Position numbers and translations under genes: made by a program. 64,000 nucleotides of DNA from the NCBI GenBank assembly GCA_963833985.1, contig CAWIAD010000001.1, forward strand, positions 2,592,001 through 2,656,000, written 5' to 3'. The notes below the pieces were generated by a model. That model saw only the letters and a program-made list of their open reading frames with translations. It was not told the DNA's origin and did not search any database. Below are positions 42,948 to 52,676 of this stretch, in pieces. Position 1 is the stretch's first letter; each line of letters opens with the position of its first letter. The stretch is from an uncultured Planctomycetaceae bacterium. Its GTDB lineage: Bacteria > Planctomycetota > Planctomycetia > Isosphaerales > Isosphaeraceae.

Positions 42948-43219
42948 GGGAGAGTCGTCCTTCCGAGTCCCGGACAGTGTCACGGCGGGCAGCTTTGCGC
43001 TCGACCCGCCTGGCTTCGCTGAAAACCCTGGCACTAACCTACCGGCCCGGAAGACGGCCCGCAACGGTGCGGCAGCTCATGCCGGGCCGGTTCCATTCAC
43101 CGCTTCGGAGCCGCCCGCGTCCCGATCTCTCGGCCCCTACCAGCGAGCGCACGGTTCCGACCGGCTCAGAAGGCGCGCCGAGTCTGTGAGTTCAGTGCCT
43201 CCAGCGTTTCGTGCAGACG

Positions 43220-44401
43220 TCAGCTCACCTCGCTCACGTCCACGGGGCGGTGTTCCGCGGCCGAGATGAGAGCGGCTTCGAGCACGCGCTGGGTCTGGTA
43301 AGCGTCCTCGAAGTCGGGAATAGGCACGGTAGGCTCGTGGCCGCCAAGTACCTGGAGGATGTCGTACGCCTGGTTAATGAAACCGTGTTCATACCCAAGC
43401 GTATGGGCATCGGGCCACCAGTGCTCGGCGTAGGGGTGGTCGCCGCCGTGGGTGCACATGATCGTGGTCCAGCCTTGCACGGCGCGGGCACGAGTGGCAT
43501 CGTAATATTGCAGTTCGTTCATGCGTTCGAAGTCGAACTTGACCGAGCCCCTGGTGCCGTTGAGCTCGAAGCCGTTGCGGTTCTGGTTCCCGGTGGCCTG
43601 GCGGGCAGCTTCAAAGCTGGCCACGGCGCCGCCGGAAAAGCGGGCCAGGAAGAGCACGGTGTCATCGACGGTAACCGGGCCGGTTCCCTCGCCGGCTTGC
43701 ACGCCGGCCGCGATGCCGCCGGCGGCCGTGCCGGTCATCCGCTTCCGCTCCTTGATGAACGTCTCGGCGACGGCCCCGCAGATCTGGGTGATCTCCTCGC
43801 CCGTGACGAAGCGGGTCATGTCGATGATGTGCGCGTTCAGGTCGCCGTGAGCGCCCGAGCCTGAGCCTTCCTTCTGGAACCTCCAGACCAGGGGAATCGA
43901 TTCGTCGGCCCAGTCTTGCAGGTAGAAGGCGCGGACATGGCGGATGGCCCCGAGCGCCCCATCCTGCACCAGCTTGTGCGCCAGGGCCACGGCCGGGCAG
44001 CGCCGGTAGTTGTACCAGACGAAGGTCTTGACGCGGGCCTGCCGCGCGGCCTGGACCATCTCACGCGCTTCGGCGAGCGTGCCGGCGATCGGCTTCTCGC
44101 AGGAGACGTTCTTGCCGGCCTCGATGGCGGCCTTGGCCACCGGCGCGTGCATGAAGTTGGGCGTCACGATGTCGACCAGGTCGATCTCCGGCTGGCGTAC
44201 GGTGTTCTCCCAGTTCGACGACGCGTGCTCCCAACCCCAGTGGTTGGAGAAAACCTTCGGATGTTCCTCGCGACGGCCGCACGTCGTGTGCATCACCGGC
44301 CAGACAGCGGGCTTGAAGAACTTCGTGACCTGCGACCAGGCATTGGAGTGCGTCCGCCCCATGAAGCCTTCGCCGATCATCGCCACGTTGATCTCACGCA
44401 T
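43220..44401 (-). CDS. Gfo/Idh/MocA oxidoreductase
   Basis: GEGFMGRTH, CEKP, GAHGDLNAH, WWPDAHTLGYEH. Confidence 0.9.
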   Translation of the reverse strand: MREINVAMIGEGFMGRTHSNAWSQVTKFFKPAVWPVMHTTCGRREEHPKVFSNHWGWEHASSNWENTVRQPEIDLVDIVTPNFMHAPVAKAAIEAGKNVSCEKPIAGTLAEAREMVQAARQARVKTFVWYNYRRCPAVALAHKLVQDGALGAIRHVRAFYLQDWADESIPLVWRFQKEGSGSGAHGDLNAHIIDMTRFVTGEEITQICGAVAETFIKERKRMTGTAAGGIAAGVQAGEGTGPVTVDDTVLFLARFSGGAVASFEAARQATGNQNRNGFELNGTRGSVKFDFERMNELQYYDATRARAVQGWTTIMCTHGGDHPYAEHWWPDAHTLGYEHGFINQAYDILQVLGGHEPTVPIPDFEDAYQTQRVLEAALISAAEHRPVDVSEVS

Positions 44402-44607
44402 CAGGAATCTCCTCGGTCGACCAAGAAACCACGAACCGAGCCAGGAAGCTGCATCGCCCCACTGGCTCTGGTGGCATTGTGGCCACTATAGCCGCGCGCC
44501 GGCCGACTCCAAGGGTCGAGTGGCCTCGCGGTGGTTCCCGGGCGCGTTGTAAACTCAGCGGACAGGGGCACGGCAAGAGTCCCGCCCCGCGCCACACGGA
44601 GCCGCCG

Positions 44608-45129
44608 ATGAAAGAGCCACTCGTTCGCTTCAGCGTCGCCATCGGCGGCGACTTGCTGCGGAAGTTCGACCGCTACCGGCAGGAGCGCCGATACCCCAAC
44701 CGCAGCGAGGCGGTCCGCGGCCTGATGCGCAATGCGCTCATCGAGGAAGCCATCGACCAGGAAGAGAGCCAGACCATGGGGGTCCTCACGCTGATCTATG
44801 ACCACCACGCCAGCCGCATCGCGGAACGACTGACGGAGCTTCAGCACAGCCACCTGGAGCAGGTGGTAACCACGACCCACGTGCACCTGGACCACACGCG
44901 GTGCCTGGAGGTGATCCTGCTGCGCGGGCCGGCAGGCGGAGTGCGCATGCTGGCCGATGCGCTGATCGGCACCAAGGGCGTGGAGACCGGGCGGCTGGTG
45001 CTCACCGCGGCAGCACCGGTCTCGGACCGCAACGCGACGGACCCAAGCCACGGGCATCCCCACTCCCACCAGCAGGCGGGCCACGATCACGGAAAGCGGC
45101 AAGAGCACGGCCACCGCCATCCCTCGTGA
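44608..45129 (+). CDS. nikR: Nickel-responsive regulator NikR with His-rich tail
   Basis: RHH: RFSVAI..NRSEAVR; YDHH, HVHLDH..CLEVI; tail HGHPHSHQQAGHDHG..HGHRHP. Confidence 0.9.
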   Translation: MKEPLVRFSVAIGGDLLRKFDRYRQERRYPNRSEAVRGLMRNALIEEAIDQEESQTMGVLTLIYDHHASRIAERLTELQHSHLEQVVTTTHVHLDHTRCLEVILLRGPAGGVRMLADALIGTKGVETGRLVLTAAAPVSDRNATDPSHGHPHSHQQAGHDHGKRQEHGHRHPS

Positions 45130-45193
45130 ACGAGGTGGGCCGCGCCGTGCTGCTGAGATCAATGTCTCGCTCAGTGCGCGTTCTTCGAGCGGC

Positions 45194-45748
45194 TTACCAG
45201 CCCAGCCCCTCGGCATTACTGAGGATCTGATCGAGCCGCTTGGCCACGATCTCGCGGCGGTTCTCCTGACGCTTCGCCACCAGGTCCTTGAGCTTCTTGA
45301 TCCTGGCATCGAGCTCGTCCATTTCGAGCTTATGGCGTTTCTGCCGGAGGTCGAACTGCTTTTCCAGCACCTGGGTCAACTGCGTCTTGATGTCGGATCG
45401 CGCACCTTCCGAGAGATTCTCGCCCAGTTTCCCCGCCAGCTCTTCCACCGCGCCGGACAGGTTCCGCTCCTCGTTGTCAGCGCCGGACGCGTCGGGCTGG
45501 TAAGCTGTGTTCCGTCTGTCGGATTGGCCTAGCCAGTAACGCGGCCGTGCCAGGTTCGCGCCGGAAAAGCCGTCTGGAGCCTGGCCGCCGAATGGGTTCG
45601 CGGCCGAATCCGGTCGCGATGATCGAGTGCCCGGCTGCCGCACCGAGTTATTCGATGGCTGGCCACCGAATTGCTGCCCCAGTGCCGAGGCAACGAGCAG
45701 GGGTGCTCCGAGCAATCCCAAAATGAGAGCCGGACGTTTCACATTCAT
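45194..45748 (-). CDS. Secreted coiled-coil protein
   Basis: Signal peptide; helical C-terminus LEKQFDLRQKRHKLEMDELDARIKKLKD...LGW; starts 3 bp after the kinase stop. Confidence 0.75.
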   Translation of the reverse strand: MNVKRPALILGLLGAPLLVASALGQQFGGQPSNNSVRQPGTRSSRPDSAANPFGGQAPDGFSGANLARPRYWLGQSDRRNTAYQPDASGADNEERNLSGAVEELAGKLGENLSEGARSDIKTQLTQVLEKQFDLRQKRHKLEMDELDARIKKLKDLVAKRQENRREIVAKRLDQILSNAEGLGW

Positions 45749-45751
45749 GCT

Positions 45752-47311
45752 TCATCTCCTCTGGTCAGAATACAGGGTCGGAGTGACGGACGGACGTTGG
45801 GGAACCACTTGCGGATCGGACGCGAGGCGGCTTTCCAGCGATCGAGCCTGCCGGTCCAGCTCGCGGACGAGCGTTGCGATCGGGTCACTGGCGCCGGGAT
45901 CGGCCGGACGAATCAGCCCCGCCTCGATGGTTTCTGCCCTGCGGCGGGTCTGCTGGAGCTCCTGTTCGATCTGGCCAGAGGAAGCTGCTGCGACGTTCCC
46001 GCCGGGCACCAGCGGAGCATCCGGTCGGGCAAGGGCCGTCCGGGACCCAGTCCCTGGCCGCTGGTCCCGCGCAGCCGGCTCGGGTTTGCGATTTGCCTGG
46101 AAGCAGACGATCAACGTCAGAATGGCGGGGATCGTTCCCAGCGCCAGGGATCGGGCCCGCCACCGTCCTTCGGGCCGGCCGCAATCCGTGGATAAACCGG
46201 ACGGCAGAGGCACGGCCAGGGGCTGCTGAACGTGGGCCAGGCAGTCGCGCAGCAACTCGGCGACCTCGAAGGCGGTCCGGAACCGCGCAGCTGGGTCCTT
46301 GGCCATGAGGCGGGCGATGATCGCCTCCAGCCAGTCGGGAACCTCGGGGTTGTGCGTGCGCAGCGGTTGAGGCCGGTCGTCGCAGACTCGCCGCAGCACA
46401 GCCAGCGGTGAATCGGCCCGGAACGGAGGATGGCCTGCGCATGCCGCATAGAGCGTACTCCCCAGGCTGAAGAGGTCGGCGCGGTGGTCGACCGTCGCGC
46501 CGCTGGCCTGCTCGGGAGCCATGTAGTGGGGCGTTCCGGCCACGACTCCGCTGCGCGTCTCGGCGGCATCGGCCGCGGCCCGGGCCAGTCCGAAATCGGT
46601 GAGGCGCACCCGCTCCACACCGTTCTCGAGCAAAATGTTTGCCGGCTTGACGTCGCGATGGACCAGTCCCTGGGCGTGGGCGGCCGCCAGGCCGGACGCG
46701 GTTTGCGTGCCAATCCTCAGCAGCTCCGGCAAGGCCAGTGGCCCGGACCGGTCGAGCCGATCCTGGAGGGTTCGCCCGGGCACGTATTCCATGACCAGGA
46801 ACGGCAGCCCCGGCGACTCGACGACCGAGAAAACGCCAACGACGTGCTCGTGCACGACGGCGGCCGCGGCCCGAGCCTCGCGCAGGAAGCGCCGCCTTGC
46901 GGCACCGCAGCTTGCCAGTGTCGCCGACAGGACCTTGATCGCCACGTTCCTTGAGAGCGCGGGGTCGAATGCCTTGAGCACCACGCCCATGCCTCCGCGT
47001 CCGAGCACGCCCTTGATCTCGTAATTGCCCAACCTCCCCAGCGAGCCCGGCCAGTCCGAAGGGGCCAGGAAATCCAGAGGCTCGCAGGCCTGGTCCACGT
47101 CTTCGGACTGGGTCGCGGTCTCGTCCTCGAGATGATGACGTGCCAGAGCCAGGCAGCGGTCCTCGCGCACCAGCCGGTCGAGCTCTCCCCGGCATGTCGC
47201 GCAGCGCTCCAGGTGCTGTTCCAGACGGGCCAGCTCCGACTGCGGCAGAAGGTCGAGGGCCAGCCGCTGGAGCCGTTGCGGATCACATCGGTCCTGCTCA
47301 ACATGCATCAT
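45752..47311 (-). CDS. Membrane Ser/Thr kinase with N-terminal zinc-finger (HxxxCxxC) domain
   Basis: HLERCATC; LGRGGMGVV, HRDVKPAN, DFG, YMAPEQ; TM LALGTIPAILTLIVCF. Confidence 0.92.
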   Translation of the reverse strand: MMHVEQDRCDPQRLQRLALDLLPQSELARLEQHLERCATCRGELDRLVREDRCLALARHHLEDETATQSEDVDQACEPLDFLAPSDWPGSLGRLGNYEIKGVLGRGGMGVVLKAFDPALSRNVAIKVLSATLASCGAARRRFLREARAAAAVVHEHVVGVFSVVESPGLPFLVMEYVPGRTLQDRLDRSGPLALPELLRIGTQTASGLAAAHAQGLVHRDVKPANILLENGVERVRLTDFGLARAAADAAETRSGVVAGTPHYMAPEQASGATVDHRADLFSLGSTLYAACAGHPPFRADSPLAVLRRVCDDRPQPLRTHNPEVPDWLEAIIARLMAKDPAARFRTAFEVAELLRDCLAHVQQPLAVPLPSGLSTDCGRPEGRWRARSLALGTIPAILTLIVCFQANRKPEPAARDQRPGTGSRTALARPDAPLVPGGNVAAASSGQIEQELQQTRRRAETIEAGLIRPADPGASDPIATLVRELDRQARSLESRLASDPQVVPQRPSVTPTLYSDQRR

Positions 47312-47930
47312 CGGCCTCGCATGGGGTGCTCACTCGTTCGATTGTGTAGTGCTCGACGCGCTGCTTGATCCGGGCCAGGACGCGGCACCTGGCGACGTAG
47401 ACAGCGCCGACCGAGAGCCCCAGCTCGCTTGCGACCTGGACCGGAGGGCGCTCCTCCAGCGCGGTCTGCCAGAAGGCTTGCCAGGTCGCCGGCGCAATCT
47501 CGCCGCGAACTTCCTGGGCCGCCCAGCGGAAGAGCCGTCGCTGGTACTCTGCCTCGAAGAGGAGGGTTGCCGACGGGTCGACCTCGGGCGCGGCCTGAGC
47601 GTCGAGGCGCTCCCGCACGCTGGTGGACCCGCTGCCGCGCGGCTGGTCCTGTCGCCTGGTCAAGAAATTGATGAGCAGATTGCGTGCGATCCGCGACAGC
47701 CAGCCGCGAAAGCTGCCCCGTCCGGGCTCCCACCCGTGGATGGACCGCGCGACCGCCTGAAAGACCTCCTGACAGAGGTCGTTCGCATCGGCATGCTGGA
47801 GGCCCTTGAGCCGGGCCAGCCGGTAGACCAGCGGCTCGTAGATCGCCAGGAACTCGGTCCAGGCCGTTGCATCGGCCGGGTTCCGCAGCTTGATGATCAG
47901 TGAGTGCCGGGTGGCCGGGGAATCGTTCAT
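47298..47930 (-). CDS. ECF sigma-70 factor (kinase-associated type)
   Basis: TRHSL...AWTEFLAIYEP...DANDLCQEV...GSFRGWL...VYVARCRVL; AGGAGG SD; overlaps the kinase start. Confidence 0.9.
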   Translation of the reverse strand: MNDSPATRHSLIIKLRNPADATAWTEFLAIYEPLVYRLARLKGLQHADANDLCQEVFQAVARSIHGWEPGRGSFRGWLSRIARNLLINFLTRRQDQPRGSGSTSVRERLDAQAAPEVDPSATLLFEAEYQRRLFRWAAQEVRGEIAPATWQAFWQTALEERPPVQVASELGLSVGAVYVARCRVLARIKQRVEHYTIERVSTPCEADDAC

Positions 47931-48084
47931 TTCTCCTCCTGACCCAGGGCTATACACGGGTCAGGCGAGAATCTTACACGAATTCCCCGCACTCGGGCTG
48001 CCGGCGGAATCCAGCGACGCAACGCTGCCGGAGCTGGCTGGAGCGCCGGAGAGCGGAAGCCTGGCCGCGGCTTCCGGGCAGAAA

Positions 48085-48474
48085 TCACCCCGCTGCCGGC
48101 GATGCGGCAAAAGCCCGGACGGCTTCGTGCTCCGTTTCATGGACGGAAGCCACCTTGTCCAGGCCGATGATATCCGCGCCAATCTGGACTTCCGGGTCCA
48201 GGTGGCAGAACCGCACTTTTGCTCCGCGATCCCTGGCCTCCTTGACCAGCTTGAAGAGCACGGCGAAACCGGTGCTGCTGACGTACTTGGTATGCTTCAG
48301 ATTGACCACGAGTTGCCGGGCCCAGTCCTGACGGGCCACCAGGCTCAGCTCGGCTTCCAGCTCCTGTGCCTGATGCGGAAACCGCAGCTCCTTGGCCAGA
48401 ACTTCCACGATCGCGACATCGCCATCCATGCTGGTCGAAATATGCTCGAGCTTCTTCGCCGACATGGTCATCAC
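48085..48474 (-). CDS. STAS-domain anti-sigma-factor antagonist
   Basis: LVVNLKHTKYVSSTGFAVL with the SpoIIAA/RsbV-like phospho-Ser position retained. Confidence 0.82.
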   Translation of the reverse strand: MMTMSAKKLEHISTSMDGDVAIVEVLAKELRFPHQAQELEAELSLVARQDWARQLVVNLKHTKYVSSTGFAVLFKLVKEARDRGAKVRFCHLDPEVQIGADIIGLDKVASVHETEHEAVRAFAASPAAG

Positions 48475-48674
48475 TCCGCGCCGCCGCCGAGATTGAAACT
48501 TCCCACTCTTGATTCTAACCTACGGGCGGCGTCACGGCAGTGGCCCGGTTCCGATGGCCGTGGAAGAAGGCAACGGCTCATCCGCGAGCTAGGCTTGCAA
48601 ATGGAGGATGCACCGCACTGGATCACGTCTCTTGCCGGCGCACCGCTCCAGGACCACACGGCTCAATTCTGCTC

Positions 48675-48701
48675 TTGTCGACTCCCGTTTCGAGGCGACA
48701 A
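48675..48701. promoter_or_regulatory. Palindrome TTGTCG-N15-CGACAA upstream of the ferrochelatase gene
   Basis: Read directly: TTGTCGACTCCCGTTTCGAGGCGACAA, 38 bp before ATG 48740. Confidence 0.5.
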
Positions 48702-48739
48702 AATACGGTTGATCATTCTCACCCATAGAGGTTGGACGC

Positions 48740-49847
48740 ATGGATTATCCTGAATCAGGCAACGGCGAATCAGGCAACGGCGAATCACGGAACGGTGCTG
48801 CAACCGAGAAGAAGCTGTACGACGCGATCGTGGTCGTGGGTTTTGGTGGTCCAGAGAAGCGCGAAGACGTCATTCCTTTCCTGGAGAACGTGACGAGGGG
48901 CCGGAACATTCCCCGGCCGCGCCTGCTGGAGGTGGCCGAGCATTACTACCACTTCAACGGTGTGAGCCCGATCAACGCCCAGGTGCGCGAATTGCTGGAG
49001 GCGCTGCGTCCCGAGCTGCGGCGCCACGCGATCGGTCTGCCGGTGTACTGGGGTAACCGGAACTGGCATCCCATGCTTGCCGATACGCTCCGCGAGATGT
49101 CTGCCGCGGGAGTGAAGAAGGCCCTGGCGGTGGTGCTTGCGGCTTACAGTTCGTACTCCAGTTGCCGGCAGTACCGGGAAGACATCGACCGCGCCCGCGA
49201 GGAGGTGGGCCCCCGCGCCGGCGGTCGACAAGACCCGCGTGTTCTACAATCATCCCGAATTCATCCACGCCAACGCCGACCGCATCCGCGAGGCACTGGC
49301 GCAGGTTGCGCCCGACGACCGTCCCCTTGTCCGGCTTGCATTCACCGCGCACAGCATTCCCGTGAGCATGGCCCAGGGCTCGAGCTACGAGAGCCAGCTC
49401 CAGGAGACCTGCCGGCTGGTGGCCTCCGAGCTGGGCATCCCCGAGGCCCGCTGGTCGCTGGTGTACCAGAGCCGTAGCGGCCGGCCGCAAGACCCGTGGC
49501 TCGAACCCGACATCCTCGACCATCTCAGGAAGCTGAAGGAGCAGGAAACTCGCGCGGTGATCGTTCATCCGGTCGGGTTTCTGTCGGACCACATGGAAGT
49601 GCTTTACGACCTGGACGAAGAGGCGAGGAACCTGTGCAACGAGCTCGGCCTTCCCATGGTCCGGTCGCGCACCGTGGGCACGCACCGCGGTTTCGTGCGC
49701 ATGCTCCGCGAGCTGATCTGCGAGCGCGTGCAGCTCACGCCGGCTGAGGAGCGGCGATTCCTCGGCCAGTTTGGCCCCGCCCACGACGTTTGCCCCACGG
49801 ATTGCTGCCTGCCCACCTGGCGCGCGTCCTCACAGGCAAAGACCTGA
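48740..49847 (+). CDS. hemH: Ferrochelatase (actinobacterial CpfC-like sequence); frameshift at ~49215
   Basis: FGGPE..PFLENV, YWGNRNWHP, FTAHSIP, YQSRSG..PWLEPD, GFLSDHMEVLYDLD, C-terminal CPTDCC. Confidence 0.92.
48752..48796 (+). repeat. 15-bp in-frame tandem repeat (two exact copies, one degenerate)
   Basis: GAATCAGGCAACGGC x2 then GAATCACGGAACGGT, encoding ESGNG-ESGNG-ESRNG. Confidence 0.8.
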
Positions 49848-50186
49848 CGCGGACACTCAGGCCGTGAGCAAGGGGCTCCGCGCGGCCGGGCGTTCACATC
49901 ACGAAAATCGACGCCCACCGTGCCTGGTGCTTGTGCCGGTTCGATCGAAGTAGCTCGTCGCCTCAGGGATGAGTTGCCTGCGTATCGGTCGGAACCGGAA
50001 TCTGGTTGTTCAAGGCAGGATCGGCAGGGCGTGCAGGCTGCCCTAGCCAGTTCCGGCGCCGGGATCGTATCATGAACCTCGATCGAGAGCTGGGCACGAC
50101 CTCGTACCAGGCCGCGAATGATCGTTCCGCCCGACCGATACGCGGGGCGGGTCCGGTCCCTGCCGCGAGAGCGCAAGTTTCGGGAG

Positions 50187-51362
50187 ATGTCGGTCATGGC
50201 GGCGCGTCGCCTGTTGCTGGTTGAAGACAGTTCCACGATGCGGCGCATGCTCTCGACGATGCTCAAGGAGGAGGGCTACGACGTCAAGACGGCCAACGAC
50301 GGGGCCGAGGGCCTGACCAGGGCCAGGGAAGATCCCAGGCCGGAGCTGATCCTCACCGACTACGAGATGCCCGAGCTCGACGGCGCCGGGTTCTGCATGG
50401 AGGTGAAGAAGGACAAGGAGTTGCGGTCGATCCCCGTGCTCATGCTCACGACCCTGGGCGAGACGCACAACAAGATCGCGGGCCTCGAGGCGGGTGCCGA
50501 CGACTACATCCAGAAGCCCAAGAGCCCCGACGACGTCCAGGAGATGTTCGCCCGGATCAGGGCGCAATTGCGGATCGCCGACATGCGGGCCGAGCTTGCC
50601 GAGCGCAACCGGCTGCTCGAGGCGGCCCACAAGAAGCTCACCTTCGAGCTGGACCTGGCCCGCAAGGTGCAGTTCGCGCTCATGCCGCGCCCGCCGAAGC
50701 CGCGCGGCATCCTGCAAGCCGCCGTCCGCTACACGCCGGCCAACCAGCTCGGCGGAGACGTCTACGACTTTTACCGGCTGGAGAACAACCGGCTGGGGAT
50801 CCTGGTCGCCGACGTGTCGGGGCACGGAGTGAACTCCGCCATGCTCTCAGGCATGGTCAAGGCACTCGCGGCCCCGCTGTCGATCGCCGTGCTCGAGCCG
50901 GGAGAACTGCTGGCCGGACTGGATGTCGCCACCGAGCAGTATTTTCCTGAAGGTTACTTCTGTACGGGTTTTTACCTGATTGCCGACGAGGAGACGGGTC
51001 TGGTCCGCTATGCCGGCGTGGGGCATCCGCCGGCCATCATCGTCGGGCCCTCGGGCTCGCGGATGCTCCCCTCGAACCCCGGCATGCTGGGCATCGGCAT
51101 GGTGGACGGCACCGCCGGCGACCACGACCGGCTGGAGCCGGGTGAGTCGCTGATCATCTACACCGACGGGCTCACCGACGCCATGGACACCGCGGACGTC
51201 CTCTTCGGCGAGGATCGCCTGCGGACCCTCTTGCAAGGCTACCACGGAGCCGACCCGCTAGAGATCCTCAACAAGGTGGACGACGCGCTTTTCAAGCACA
51301 CGATGCCCGGGCGGCCCGCCGACGATATCAATATCATCGTGCTTCAGCGCACGACGCGCTGA
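50187..51362 (+). CDS. REC-SpoIIE/PP2C phosphatase (RsbU/RsbY-like)
   Basis: LLVEDS, TDYEMP, KP receiver; GGDVYD, ADVSGHG, YTDGL, DDI PP2C motifs. Confidence 0.92.
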   Translation: MSVMAARRLLLVEDSSTMRRMLSTMLKEEGYDVKTANDGAEGLTRAREDPRPELILTDYEMPELDGAGFCMEVKKDKELRSIPVLMLTTLGETHNKIAGLEAGADDYIQKPKSPDDVQEMFARIRAQLRIADMRAELAERNRLLEAAHKKLTFELDLARKVQFALMPRPPKPRGILQAAVRYTPANQLGGDVYDFYRLENNRLGILVADVSGHGVNSAMLSGMVKALAAPLSIAVLEPGELLAGLDVATEQYFPEGYFCTGFYLIADEETGLVRYAGVGHPPAIIVGPSGSRMLPSNPGMLGIGMVDGTAGDHDRLEPGESLIIYTDGLTDAMDTADVLFGEDRLRTLLQGYHGADPLEILNKVDDALFKHTMPGRPADDINIIVLQRTTR

Positions 51363-51522
51363 ACGAGATGCTCCCCATCCACACCGCCGCATGATACACT
51401 CGTACCTGGGGAACTGCTGTGGTGCGGGACGAGCAACGGCCCCGGCCGGTCGCGCATCGAGCTTGAGTTCACGCGTGTAGGGACGGTTCATCCGGCCCTG
51501 CCAGGGAGCGGTCGAGCTTGTC

Positions 51523-51819
51523 ATGGCCCTTGACAGTGCAGAAGTGAAGCTGGTGTCGCTGGAAGGCCCGGCCACGATCTACGAGGTGGCGGCCCACCGC
51601 GACACGCTTCGCGAAGCGCTGGCCGAGGGCGCTGACCTGCGGATCGATCTGAGCCACACGGGAAAGTGGGACCTGGCCGGCCTCCAGCTCCTGATCTCGT
51701 GCGTGAATACCGCGCACAGTCAGGGTCTGGCGGTTCGCATCGAGGGAGTGCCGCGACCCTGCCTCGAGAGCGCCGCACGTTCGGGCCTGTCGGAGTGGCT
51801 TGAAACCATGACCGAATGA
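51523..51819 (+). CDS. Chemotaxis-associated STAS-domain protein
   Basis: TIYEV...IDLS...WDLAGLQLL, directly upstream of cheY. Confidence 0.8.
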   Translation: MALDSAEVKLVSLEGPATIYEVAAHRDTLREALAEGADLRIDLSHTGKWDLAGLQLLISCVNTAHSQGLAVRIEGVPRPCLESAARSGLSEWLETMTE

Positions 51820-51914
51820 ATGAAGGGCCAGGATCCGTGGATGGACACGTACATTCCGCCCCAGGGAGGCCCGCGGTTGCGCGTCGGGATCGGTCGCAGG
51901 ACCGATGGGACCTC

Positions 51915-52280
51915 ATGACCAAGACCATCGTGCATGCCGACGATAGCGCCGCGGTTCGGCGCTGGGTGTCTGACCAGCTCAGCGGGCCGGGGCTGAAGGT
52001 CGTCTCGGTGTCCGATGGTGAGGCGGCTCTCACGCTGCTCCGCGAATCGCACTGCGACCTCTTGCTCACCGATCTGGAAATGCCCAATCTCGACGGCCTG
52101 TCTTTGGTCAGCGCGGTCCGGGAACTACCGGCCCACCGGTTTCTGCCAGTCCTGGTGCTCTCGTGCCGCCATCCCAGCGAGTTTGAACCGCAGCGCCGCC
52201 AGGGGGTGACGGGCTGGCTGGTCAAGCCAATCGACGCCGAGCACCTGCGGCGCTGGGTGCGCCGGGTCTTGCCGGAATAG
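51915..52280 (+). CDS. cheY: CheY-like response regulator
   Basis: HADDS, LTDLEMPNLDGL, GWLVKP. Confidence 0.85.
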   Translation: MTKTIVHADDSAAVRRWVSDQLSGPGLKVVSVSDGEAALTLLRESHCDLLLTDLEMPNLDGLSLVSAVRELPAHRFLPVLVLSCRHPSEFEPQRRQGVTGWLVKPIDAEHLRRWVRRVLPE

Positions 52281-52676
52281 GGGCGAAGCGATATTCATTT
52301 ATATAGTCAACGATTCCATACGGTGTTTAGCACCATCTCCCGAAACGGCGATCCCCGGCCCCTCCGCTCCGGGACGCGGGCGGATATTGACGGCCGGGAA
52401 TCACCGATCCGCTGTGATTCGAGGCGCCGGGAGCTGCTGACGGCTGCTTGTCGTGTAGAGTTCTGAGGAAAGCCCGCGGCGCAGCGCCCGGCCGTAGCGA
52501 CACGGCGACGCCCGGGCGGATCAGGGACCGTGGCATGATCAGGACAGCCCGCAAAATCGATGCTCGGAACCGGGTCCAGCACGCGGAGGCTCAGGCGTCG
52601 CATCGCAGGAGCCGCCCTTCGCCAGGCCTGGCTGCCACGGTCATCCTCGAACGGATCTCTCAAGAGGGAAGAAATT

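Noticed and set aside
44402..44607. Autoregulatory palindrome upstream of nikR
   Set aside because: Neither GTATGA-N16-TCATAC nor TTGTC-N17-GACAA is present; TTGTA...GGCAA has the wrong spacing.
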